A DNA stretch of 64,000 nucleotides from Bugula neritina (lineage: Eukaryota; Animalia; Bryozoa), in contig OZ037768.1 in assembly GCA_964035545.1 (NCBI GenBank), positions 4,682,741 through 4,746,740 on the forward strand, given 5' to 3'. Of the stretch, positions 24,201-36,500 are shown in pieces. Within the stretch, counting starts at the first letter, position 1, and each line of letters begins with the position of its first letter. The notes beneath the pieces are model-generated. The model was given only the letters and a program-made list of their open reading frames with translations, was not told the DNA's origin and searched no databases. A program made the position numbers and the translations under genes.

Positions 24201-25549
24201 CTTATCTAAACTCCACCGCTGATAGTAGACCCAGCTCTGCTGCTTTAACCTTTAATAGATTTTTACTGGAAGTTAAATGCAAACTGTCCACCACTCTAAA
24301 CTCTGTAAACCTCTCCCGAACATCAATTTCCAATAGAGCTTTAGAGTCCATGGCAAATGTTCCAAATTTACGTCTAAAGAAAATATCTTTGGTGTCCTGC
24401 AAGGACCTCACCGATGCCGGTGTTGTGGCCCTGTGCGCCAGTCAGCCTACCATTGAGGAGCTTGACATTTCCTCCAACAGTCAGCTTACCGCCATTTCTG
24501 TCAAGCATGTTGCTAACAAGCTAAAGGGTATTAGGTCGCTCAACATAACTAAAATTAAGTTGCAAAGTTCTGAAGCCAAAATTTTGAACGAATTAACTTC
24601 TTGCTCAAAGCTGGTGCTCAATGCTTGCTTGCTTCAACTGTGGGTTAAAAGTGAAGCAGATAGTGCATTTTCTTCGTGGAGCTCAGCATTGCAATCACTT
24701 GATATGAGTTATTGCAGTGGTCTGTCCAATCAGGTGGTGGTTAGTATGTGTCAGCGTTTGACCAACTTGCAGCAGCTAGATCTCTCTTCCTGTTATCGTA
24801 TTGATGATGTGTCACTGAGAGAGATTTCAAAATGTCTCATCAGTTTGACAAAGCTGTCAGTAGCATGGTGTAAACATATCACGGATATGGGACTTATCGG
24901 TGTTTACCATGAAGGCTTTGCTCATATTTGTGCCAAAGAATGCAGGTGTGGTAGAGAGAAAGATTTTGCATATTTTGAATATACACCTCCAGTAAAAGAT
25001 ATAGCACCTAGAGTTGTCATACCAACAGTGGGAGACATAAATGCTGCTCTTCAGCATTTTGGTGCGGAGGGAAGGTTTCCTCTGTGGAGGATGAACAAGC
25101 TCCACTCTCTTGACCTCTCTGTTTGTAGTAAGATTAGTGATGCCAGTGTTATTGATGCCATTGATTTCCCTGAGCTCACCGAACTAAATCTGGCCATGTG
25201 CTCCAGGCTCACTGATAAATCAGTCATTGCTATTGCATCTCACAATAGTCTGCTAGAAAGAGTTAATTTGTCTCAGTGTCATCAGATCACTGACCAGTCT
25301 GTTGCTGCACTTCTTACTGGATGCAGACGAATTGTCCATCTGAATATATCAGGTTGTCCCCTGATTACTGATCTAACCATTGATTGTATTATTAAGCACC
25401 GAATTAATTTGAAAAGCTTAGATGTTAGCATGTGCAATATTAGCCTAGAAGCTCTAGAGAGGCTTGAACAGCTTTCACCCTCCTTGCAAACAATTCACAA
25501 ACGCTATACTGCTGCTGCTTCTACCACGCAAGACGCTTTTCTAATCTGA
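21233..25549 (+). CDS. F-box / cysteine-containing leucine-rich repeat protein (FBXL family, possibly LRRC29/FBXL9-like); ~678 aa
   Basis: Exons 21233-21370, 21514-21688, 22771-22977, 24033-25549 in continuous frame. F-box IDFLPTEMIAHIMQYLTVSDRKDAALVCKKWY; many LRR-CC repeats (LQQLDLSSCYRIDD, LTELNLAMCSRLTD, LERVNLSQCHQITD, IVHLNISGCPLITD). Confidence 0.88.
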
Positions 25550-28500
25550 GCATGCTGCTCGGCCAACTAACAATCTTGTAATTTTGGCATTTAAAATGTG
25601 TTTCAACACCAGCATTTTTATTACTAAGTTTTAAGCACCAAATATTGTTTTCGTTCAACCATTTTTGTTTTAAATCGGCACATTTTTTACTGTGATTTGG
25701 CTAATAATGCAACAATGCACTGGGTATGCTCAGTAACCATATTATCTGAAGCGCAGTATGCTATTAGTACAAGCTAGTTTTTTTATTTTGTTAGGTATTA
25801 TTTAAATAGTTGTGTGTTATATCAACAATTGCAGAATTACTCGCAAGTAAAAGCTTTACAACTTTTGGTGCTTTTCAATGGGTGATGCTACAAAATTTTA
25901 TAATTATGGAAGACGACATTTCAGTGCAAGATCAATTTTGTTGTTATCTTACTGTTTATGAATAATGCATAGTGTTATGGAAATATTTTGTATTGATATT
26001 TTTATTTTTGGTTTGTTGCAATCCAAGTTTTTGCCACATGTATTCGTTGTATTGTGCAAGGTATTGAAATATAATCTTTTCCCAATTTCTATACTTTCTG
26101 CTGTGATCTTTTGTAGTAAAATATTTTTAAAATGTCAACAAATGCTCATTTTAATATATTTCTTTTCTACTATGAATATGGAGTTTTATGTAAATGTTAC
26201 AATATAAGTTGGGTTGAAATAATACATATATTTGTCTTTCATTGATTTGGAAAGGTATGCCTAATCAACATACACCTATTCTATTGGAGAAAATTCACCC
26301 AATGTGCTCAGGTGTTGCAAATAAACCGACAATTCCATGCATAACAAAGTTGTCATAAAATGTGAATGAGAATTAATTAAAATATTATTTTAAATGATGC
26401 CAATCTGAACCTTCATTTCTAGTTACTAGGTAGTAAATAATTGATTTGGCTTGTGCCAATTCTTCAGGCCGCAGTTTTATCACTATAAATAGGTAAAAAG
26501 CTGGAAATAAGCCATCATTTAAATAAGTAGAGTAACAAAACATGATTTTTTGTGCTCATGAACTGCTCCAAAGGCCAAAAACATCGAATTATAAAATAAA
26601 CTGCTGAGCAATTTGTCCTTGAATTAATTGTTCAATGTTATTGAATGAATTTAAAACTTTTCTAGCAGGCCAGCAGCTGCATATCCACTTCGCAAAAAGA
26701 GATAGCTATGTAATACTATGGGTATATCATTAAAATTCAATTAGAATGTACACAGATCAATGTTATTTATCATTTATGCAAATATTAAATATCTGGTACA
26801 AAGCAAAACAAACCATCTGCAATAACGAAAGTAGCAAAACTTGCAAGTTGTATAGCTGTTAGGTTCAGTTATTAAGACATTATTTTCCAGATGACTGGTA
26901 AAACAGATAAGTTGCAGAGGCAACTCTAATCATTGAAGATTTCTATCACTCAATAATCAGCGCAACCTCTAAAACATTTCTGTCTTGCTCTGTCCTTCCG
27001 TGCATGTCTTTTAGTCAACATGGATACTGTAGCTTAGCCGCCCATGTTTGTAGAAATAGAACAGTTTTAGATTTCAAATTAAAAGTATAGTTTTTTTTCG
27101 TTAAATGTGGCTAAAGTTTACGCACTCCATCTGAGTATGCAACAAGTCATCATTTAAAAAAGCACCAAATTGCTTGTCATTTAAAGCCATATTTTGCCGA
27201 CCATAATGACAGTGGATGTTCACTGGGCATCTGTTGAGTTGCGCTGTAGAAATCTAATTAAGCCAAGCCTCTATTTCTCCGTCCAAAATTTTAACTCCTA
27301 TCTCCTAGCTCTTCAATCTGAGTTTATATGAAACCTAAAAAAATGCATAGCTCATTTTAATAACCATAAGCAATTGTGGTATATCATTAGGTTATTATTT
27401 TGTGTGTTTTGCATAATAATATGCGTAGAAATTCATAAAATAACAATCAAGCAGCTCCCAAATATTTCATATCCTGCATGCATAGCCCTTGTATAAATTT
27501 TTTCACGAATAGCACAATTTTTATTTCTAAGTTTAAAAAAATTCTTTTGGTAGCATAAAGATTTTTATTTCTAGCAATGTGATATGTTTTTGCCTAAAAA
27601 AGCAGGAAAAGCTAATTCACTTAAGAGTTATGGAATACTGGATAGAAGGTTTCTTATTCATATAATATAAGCGCTCTATGTGATACTCTATATAAAACTA
27701 TTAATACATTCAAAAAAGTAACTTTAAACACACTCATCAATGTACAACTAGAATTATACCAACAAATAAATTACACTTAAATTTGTATAGGATAGCCAGC
27801 ATACAGCTACCAATATTATTTCATACACCTTTGAAAAGTTTACATTATATGTCGATTGCATTATAGTAGTATCATCATGTTTTGCTAAATTTATAACATA
27901 AGTATACTGAAGGTCATACAGACCAGTTGAAGTAGTTCATATTGACTGGTGTTCAAAAAGTCTGAACTTACGGTCCTTATTAGCATGTTTTGTATCACTT
28001 ATTAATTTGCTTATCTCAACTCAACTTCAACTATAAATATTTGTATGCTAATAGTGAATAAAGCAAAGAATATCACTAGACACTACAACAACTAGCAGCT
28101 TTAACAAGCATGTGCAGTGGTTTGGTCGTCTAGCCATTAGTTAACCAACTAATTTCATCACTAAAACTATAAATAACTATAAAAATAGATAAAAGCAATC
28201 ACAATTGTCTGGAAATATTAGAATTAGCAAAAAATTCATACATAGAATTATTATAATTATCTTGTTAACCGCAAAATGGCATATATTGTTAATAAACCAA
28301 TTGTATTATTTTACAGTTCCTCAGTTCCGTATTAGTAAACAAGTATTTTGGCATTTCAAAAAATTATTCTTCCAGTCTGTACAACTAATATCAGCATCAG
28401 TGATTATTAGTAAACAATTTTTTAGTTTTGTTGAATTAGTGACACATGCATAAATAAAGAATCGGAGAATGTGTTCTGCAGCAATTAATCAAATGTATTC

Positions 28501-29598
28501 TACTAAATAGATTTGGCCTTTCTGCCAGTGGCTATCCAGCAATCTATTCAGTTGGCAATAAATTAATGTGCAAATTTCTTAAAGTTAAAGCTTTTAATTG
28601 TTAAGGAAGAATTGATTGATCTTTGGAAGTTTAATGCCCTAGGAATTTAATTATTCACAGTCCAACTTGTCATGAATGTTTAGTTGAACTGTTGAAGCTA
28701 ACAAATAGAATACTAAGTTCTAGTAGTCAACAATGTAGTATGCAGTGAAATCTTTTAAATTGGGTGTGAGAGCAGATGTCAAGAAGAAAATTAAATTCTA
28801 TAAAATGTATGCTTTTAGCTAGCAGCAAGTGAATTTCGTGCAATATATACCAGAAGGACCAGCACCTGTGATGATATGGCCAAGGCCTGCGGGGGATTAT
28901 TTGGTAAAACTATAATTTTGTATTGCATTGTGAAATGTTTATGCGATGGCATGCAGTGCAAGTAAATGCAGCGTGTTTATGTATTTTGTTATATATTAGC
29001 TACTGGGCATATAAAAACTAAAAATATTCAAATTTTTTAGTAGAATAAAATGCTTTGCCTTATAGTTCATTATATATGACTACCACACCAGGTAAATTAT
29101 GAACTTTACAAGGCATGATAATTTGGTAACGATATTAATGGATTTGGTAATAATATTAATGACTTTGGTTCCATCAACCCTATTTCCCCTATTTCCTCAG
29201 TTAAGTTATACATCTAATCTACATTTTAGCATAATGACGGTGCAAAAAATGGACGCTGTTGATTGTTGGTTTCCCATAAAGAGTACATTGGATGGCTAAA
29301 GGCCAGAATAATCTGAATTATTGGTTTCAGATGCTGGTATGTATGAAGCCTTTTTTGGAGAGTTTTAAAGTGCATGAAAGAGTGAGTGCTCAGTTTTGTA
29401 ACTTTAAGGGTGTTCAGTGAGTTAACTGCTCTACAAGTCAGCTTCTTCCAGAGATAGTACTAAAGCTAGATAAAGCCTTTTTATTGCTTTATTTGAATTG
29501 TCTCCCTTTTTACAAAAACAAATGTTTCAAGCGCATGGGCACAAATTGTATTTCTAACATACATATCTACCAAAGTGTTTTTAAATGAAACTCGCCGT

Positions 29599-29634
29599 CT
29601 GTTCGCTACCCTGTTCGCTACCCTGTTCGCTACC
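29599..29634. repeat. 12-bp tandem repeat x3 (CTGTTCGCTACC)
   Basis: Directly visible; source of RVANRVANRVAN in ORF 29481..29729. Confidence 0.85.
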
Positions 29635-29982
29635 CGGATGCTTTGGAGAAATGTTTTGTTGCAAACTTCATTTAATTTATGCATAATATTAGCCAAAATG
29701 ACTCTAAATATTTCGTTAGTTTTTTTCAAACAATAAAATTAAGTTATTGCCGGAGAATTTTTACATTACCCAACGGTTAAGCTGTTTTCACAGGCCACTT
29801 TGAAAAGTATTTGCAATTACCTTTTGAAAATATTTCTGAGAAAAAACTTTTATAACGTTAAAAACTATTAGACGTGATGCCTCATTACATTATACGGATA
29901 CAGATACATCTTATTTCTATTGCTTTATTATTGCAGCTATGCAATGACCAATGACAAAGAGTGTACTTTAGATTTATGTTAT

Positions 29983-29987
29983 ATATC

Positions 29988-30059
<72 letters not shown>

Positions 30060-30138
30060 AACTGCACGAAACTATTTAGTCACGTGAGATTTTTTTAAAT
30101 AAAAAATATATATCTTTAACAATCTGAAAGCACTACAT

Positions 30139-30170
<32 letters not shown>
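29983..30170. repeat. (TA)n microsatellites
   Basis: Long TA run ~29983-30052 and a shorter one ~30137-30168. Confidence 0.95.
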
Positions 30171-30642
30171 TCAGTTTTGTTACACCAGTGAGTCACCAAA
30201 CAAGCAACAGTTTTTCAGTCTACTGATTACACTAAGTAAAAAATATTTGATGAAAATAATTTAATTTAATGCAGCAATAAATATATAGCCGTACAGATAT
30301 CATTTACATAGACGCCATTCATCTGCTTTAAAATTTCAATCATTCAAATTTTAAAACAAAAAAGTTAGCTATTTTATTCTTTAAAACTTTGAAAGGCCAA
30401 GTAAAGTAATGTATTTGCAGATTAACTTGCAGGTAAGCCCAACCGAACTAGCTATTAAGACGTTTTATTTTGCTTGCATCTTACCCGATTGTTTACAGTT
30501 TCTTTATCTGGTGTTGAGCCTACACGTAATGGTGAACGGTAAAAGAATTATTTAAGCTGGTATTCACCCACTTCTCCCAAAATGTATGCATATAAAATGA
30601 TATCACAGCATAAGCTGCTACTATTGAGCATTAACTCTACCA

Positions 30643-30728
30643 ACTATGTTTTTATATATACATATATATACATTCATATAGCATAGTATATATACTATGC
30701 TATATGAATGTATATATAAAAACATAGT
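30643..30728. repeat. Perfect 56-bp palindrome (30663-30718) with additional outer inverted arms
   Basis: TATATATACATTCATATAGCATAGTATA|TATACTATGCTATATGAATGTATATATA; outer arms ACTATGTTTTT / AAAAACATAGT. Confidence 0.9.
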
Positions 30729-33456
30729 GTAAATGAATAGTTAATATCTACGATTAGTATATTGGATTTGATATTCAGTAAATGAAAAGAATGCTATAGT
30801 AGTTGGCTAATCTATTAAAAATCTGCTTGTTGTCTCTTTTGTATTCAAGACTCCATGAATCCAATATAATTTTTTCTGCTGTGCCTGCATATTGGGTTGA
30901 CGACAGAAAGTGTAGTTTAAAGAGCATAATGCAAAATGCCTATAGCGAGAAATTTTATGAAGTTGTTGTGATATTATTTTTTCCTACCTATCCCCTTTGT
31001 TCTGTTCGGGTAGAGGGTTGTTTTGATATTTTATATAAATAGTTTATGATTTAGAGAGGTGGTAAAATATGATTAAAAGCTGGTTAAAATTTATGGAGGG
31101 TTATCCATATATTGAATGCATAAAAACTAAATTAATTATTGTTGTATATTAATTAAATTACATTTTGTAGTATAAAAATGACCTTACTAAGGGCATGCAT
31201 TTTTTATAAAATATTTTATTTAAAGTTGTAACAAAACCCAATTAGTAAATTAATCAAAACTATGTGCTCAATATTTATTTCAAAACTTTTTTCACCATCA
31301 AGAGTCAAATTTTAATTGAGAAAGCTAATTTCTTTGAAAAAAATTTAGGTTGATGGTAAAAAATAGCCAATTAAATAAGTCTTGGAAGCTCAGTTTAAAC
31401 AAAGTTTCTTTGCTTTTAGGTATGTTTGAAAGCACTGCATTGTTAATGTTGACTTGCTTACCTCCATCTTACCCTAGTAGTTACATCAAAGCAATTCTTT
31501 TCGTACCCTCCGTTTAAACTTTTATTTTTGGCATTCTTAACATTTTTGATATGCTTGAAAGAAAGCTTTAATATAAAGAATGTAGCTTTCCATATATTTA
31601 TGGTGTAATTTATAAGACAACTTATAGTTTACTGCGAGCACAGTTACCAGTTATATAGCCTCTTCAGCCTATTAGATCAAAGATCTTCTGGTATTTAAAC
31701 TCCCAGCTCTGATGCAGTTATGGACTGTTGAAAACTCAATAGAAAACTTTGTATTCACTACCTGATCTCAACTTTCTGCGTTAATTTAAAGGAGTATATC
31801 TCTCCGTTGGCTATTTATTACTGAAAATATTTTCATCGAGTATTTTCATACCTATAATTATGCTCTAATAGTGTCTTATCTTAAAATATATCAACTATTT
31901 CTGTTGCTTTTGAGCTTATTGTAGAACTTTCTAAAAGCAGTGTTTGAAAACCTTTACAACAATTTACAGATAATTGTTTATGAACACAAAAAGAACACTT
32001 TTTGTCACATGACCTACTTTACACCTCGCAATGACTAGGTCTACTCAACAAGTAGCTTCTCCAAATGCAAATGACACTTTTAGCTATGAACCGGAATTCT
32101 GGCATATTGCAAAAAAAGATATCAATGTAGTTTAGCAAATCCTCATTTCTTGTGGCATTGCACAACATCTAGCTAGAATGTTAAGGGCTGAAAAATAGCT
32201 ATGGTGGTTAAAAAAATAGCCAAAACAATTCAGCTTTATAGGACTTCTATTCAATTTCAGAAAGAACCTATTATCTTTCACCTCAATAAAATTGCTGTAG
32301 TCATTTATTATTATCTTTATTATAAGTCATAATTGCAAAATTAATTTGATAAACAAGTTTTTTATGAACTCTTTCTTACTCTACTGTGCGAATACAAAAC
32401 ATACAACACAGCTCTCAGCTAACCATCAAGTGCAAAAGAAATAAATAGTATAAATCAATTCACTTGTGAAAGCTATTCTGGTGACAAAATGAAGTATTAA
32501 TTGTCGTAAAACTTGAGTGCCGTAGTTATACGATAACAATAAGCTGCTTAGAACACAATTTTTATACTAAATCAAGATCACATGTGTTAGATGAATTTAT
32601 GGTATATGCATCTTCGAATTGTTTTTAAATGTTGCAATACTTACATTATAAGTGCAAGTGGGTATAAATGTTTGTTGATCAAAGTCCATAAATTAGCTAT
32701 AACACATTAAGATAGTGCATAGGAATAGCAAAAGCATTTTTCCTAGAATGGTTAGTTCCTGAACTGGATGGTCACGAGAATCACATGATTCTGCTGCTAT
32801 CACTCACATATTTAATTGAAATATTTTTTTACAATTTGGATTTTAGGCAATCTAAGGTCAAAGTTGAGAACTGTGAATCGATTTTAATTGTTGAACTTGA
32901 GTGTTACTAATTTACTCAGAACAGTACAGAAACCAGCATTGCAGATGAGATATAAGTAAAGCTACTAACTTACCTAGCCATACAGATATCAAGTAAAATT
33001 CATTATTGGCCTTTGAAGAAGCAAGGCTTAAATTTCCAAATATGACAGAAGTACATTTTATAGTACATTTGCTAGACTTGTTCAGCCCATCATCTAAACA
33101 CTCAAGAAGGAGATGATATATGCACATTTTTCAGTTATTGAATCATCTGCAATACCTACCTGTACTACCATTTATTTCAATATATTATATATAGACACGT
33201 ATAGGTAATGGCACAAAGGTAAAGGATAGGTACAACATAATTATTACTTACCTCACCAACAGGGAAATGAAGCAGAAATAAATCCATAATTTCAGTATGA
33301 ACCGTTTATTCATCTTTATTTCAGATTTTCTTTTCTTTTTATACATTTGGATTCTGCACTGAAATTATATAGTGAGAAAACTCCGTAATTTGTTTTTCCA
33401 ACTTCCAGCTCTCAAAATAATGAAACAATAAAATATATAGTATTGCATACTAAAGG

Positions 33457-33553
33457 ATATATACTATAGAACATATACTATAGAATATATGCTATGGAAT
33501 ATATGCTACAGAATACATGCTAGAGAATATATGCTATAGAATATATAGGATAG
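33457..33553. repeat. Degenerate ~14-bp tandem repeat (ATATATRCTATAGA-like), ~6-7 copies
   Basis: Directly visible. Confidence 0.7.
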
Positions 33554-36500
33554 AAATAAAGGATATGGTCAAGAAACATGTTAAAGTTAACTTGTACTTG
33601 AGATGTCAATTATAAGATAATCACCAAACAGTACAAGTTTATTTTTGTGGTTTTATTTCACCCACAGTCTGTATCCTATACGATGTACTAACTATACACA
33701 TCCTCAGGGTGTATTTACTAGATAATTTTTCTGTCATATTTATCCTGGTAGACAAATAATAGCTTTCCAAATAGCTATAGGATGACGCAGCTAGTAGCAT
33801 GTGCATGGACCACTCGATTGGTTATTATACAGGATGCATCAACTGTGTAAGGATTCCGAAGCTCTACATGATGTATTACTGTACAGGATATACTGCGGTG
33901 GGCAGACTTATCCTATTGAGATTATTTTGAAAGCATTTTGAAATCATCTTTAATAACAAATTTTTGTCACAACATGAGTTCACATTTTAAAATAATTTAC
34001 AGTCTTATTGCTGAGGTCACTGCATGGGTATTTGCAAGTCATTCTGTTAACGCAATGTTATTTTATTTCAAACAAAATAATGCTGCTGATATGAAATCAT
34101 AGAGGAACGAAGTATTATTTTGGTCATTTAAAGTTTATAATTGCCATCCTTTAGATATTAGAGCTATTTTATGTCTAAATGAAATGAACCCACGTATTCC
34201 ATTAAATTTATAAACAAAACTTTGATCTCCAAATCTGCACACCATTTTCGGACTGTTATTTATCTGGGTTCAGTCAAACAAAATACCAAATAAAATAATT
34301 AACAAACAACTCAGAACTAGGAATATATATGTTTCTACTTGTGAGAAGTTGTCTACTTTTCATAAAGAAAATTTCTCTGTTATTGCTAATACGGAAGCAT
34401 TTTCTACATAAAAGCATCAAATTTTTCTTGAGTAAAGCAGAAAATTAAGTTGTAGTTGTTGAAAATTTTAGTGTTTCACATAAAATTAATTTTTTTACTA
34501 TCATTTTGGAAAAATGTAAATTTTCACTACATGTACACTTTCATGTTTAATAATAAAAAATTTTTCAAATAGATGTTGGTGTCAGCATGTTTTGTTGTTT
34601 CTGTGACTACTTTAAAGGGCTCATATAATTACTATGTTTCCAACCTCTTCCCTACCTTCAAAGCATTGGAATTATTTCCCCAAAAGAATTACTACTTCCT
34701 AAGCAGCTTAACTCACTTTAAAAGATATTAAATATCTTACAACTAGGAGCTAAAAGCTAGCTTTACTTTATCTGTGGGCTCTCTGGTAGAAATTTCACTC
34801 ATTAAAGAAACATTTAAATTTCTGTTATGTCTACAGCTTTTAGAAAAATGAACACCTCTCTTTTAAACCACCATTTTATATTGCCCTAAAAATGTTATTA
34901 ATAAAGTAATTCCGGCTAATCTATCTCTGTCAGAGTGAGGTAATGCCGTAAGGTACCGCTTGCCTGGTTTCATTTATTTAGATTTTAGACAGAAGTTGCT
35001 GTGCTTCAATTTGTAGAGACTTAATTAAGCCTGCTTCAAGTTTAATTAATACTGCCTCACTAGCAAGCAGCAGAAATAACTGGTTATATAATATGTATAC
35101 GAAAACACAGCATACAAATTTATTGTCTAACTATTTAGTTCTTAAGATAAATGATCCCAATTCTAAATGTTTGTCTTTGCAATTAGAATATGTAGAGCAG
35201 CGGAAAGTTGAAAAAATTGTGTTGAACTTTATTTCTATGCATGATAAAGTCTTTGAAAACCAAAAACCTTTTGAAGTTTGATAGTTCCATCGAGAATCAG
35301 TACAGAGAACATTTCCATGCTTTAAGAGATACTGGGAGGATTTTTCAACCCCAAAACATAAACTTAAAACATGGAAACCAAGTAGCTATATGTTGTTTAC
35401 CATATTAACGCCTAGAGGTTAGGCCTGGAATTTGGCTTAAACCAGCAAATTAAGACAAGAATTTTCAAAATTAGACTTAGCTTGGCTTTAATTGAAACAA
35501 CTTCCCCAATATATCTGTAAAGCCATACATCAGGTATTCTGTAGTAAACATTCAATGTTTCAGGGGTAATATATAATGTTTCAGTTGTAATATACAATAA
35601 TACTACTGTTTTATACAAGTTGTCAAATCGACAGATAAAAGCATCTTAAATTTACCTGAATTTGGTCCTGATTTAGTCATAGCATTGAGACTAATAACTA
35701 TATTTAACTTGATGCTGAAAGTAGTTATGTAAAATCCTATAGCCGCAGCCCTGCTAGCTTGTATAACTTGCTTATGTAACCTTGAGCCTAGTGAACAGTC
35801 ACCCTAGTAGTGACTGAACTTGTCAATGATCTGGCCGGTGACTGATGCATTGTTGTTTTCCTGGTTGTTGCAATCAACACTAATGTATTTTTACTCTACC
35901 AATTGGCCATATTTATTTTTAATCACGTTTCTAAAATGTCGTTAGGCAAATGAATGCGTATTATCACAAATGATGTAATGTGATTGGCTGAATTTTCATT
36001 GCCACTTTCCAACCACTTATCTCGCAAGTCACAATTGCCATTTTATGAAACTATACATAATGATAAATAATAATTTAATAATGTCGTGTCAACTTTTGCA
36101 ATAATAAAAATATTATTTAATATCTTATAAATAATAATTTGAGTTCTAAATATTTCAATAATAACTCTCAGATAGTATATCAATCGAATATGCAGTAAGA
36201 GATCATTGTGATGCATTATAACATTACCAAATGGAGAAAAAGCAGAGCTGGTTTTGATCTCAATTTATGGTCAAGAAGGTTAAAAATTGGAAAATTTACA
36301 ACCAAGAGTCAGCGCTAACTGAACATTTGAAGTAACTTATAGTAAAAGAAGTTGCTTCTTCAAACTAAAAACAATAGCCGAAAGTAGCTAAGGTTGCCAA
36401 GACTCTTATGACCACTTGAAAATTCTTGAAGGATCACAATTTGTATTCATCAAAATATATGACTTCACTAATCCAACTAGGATTGTTAATATTCCTATAC

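Noticed and set aside
29481-29729. ORF containing RVANRVANRVAN
   Set aside because: Explained by a 12-bp tandem triplication; no splice context or recognisable domain.
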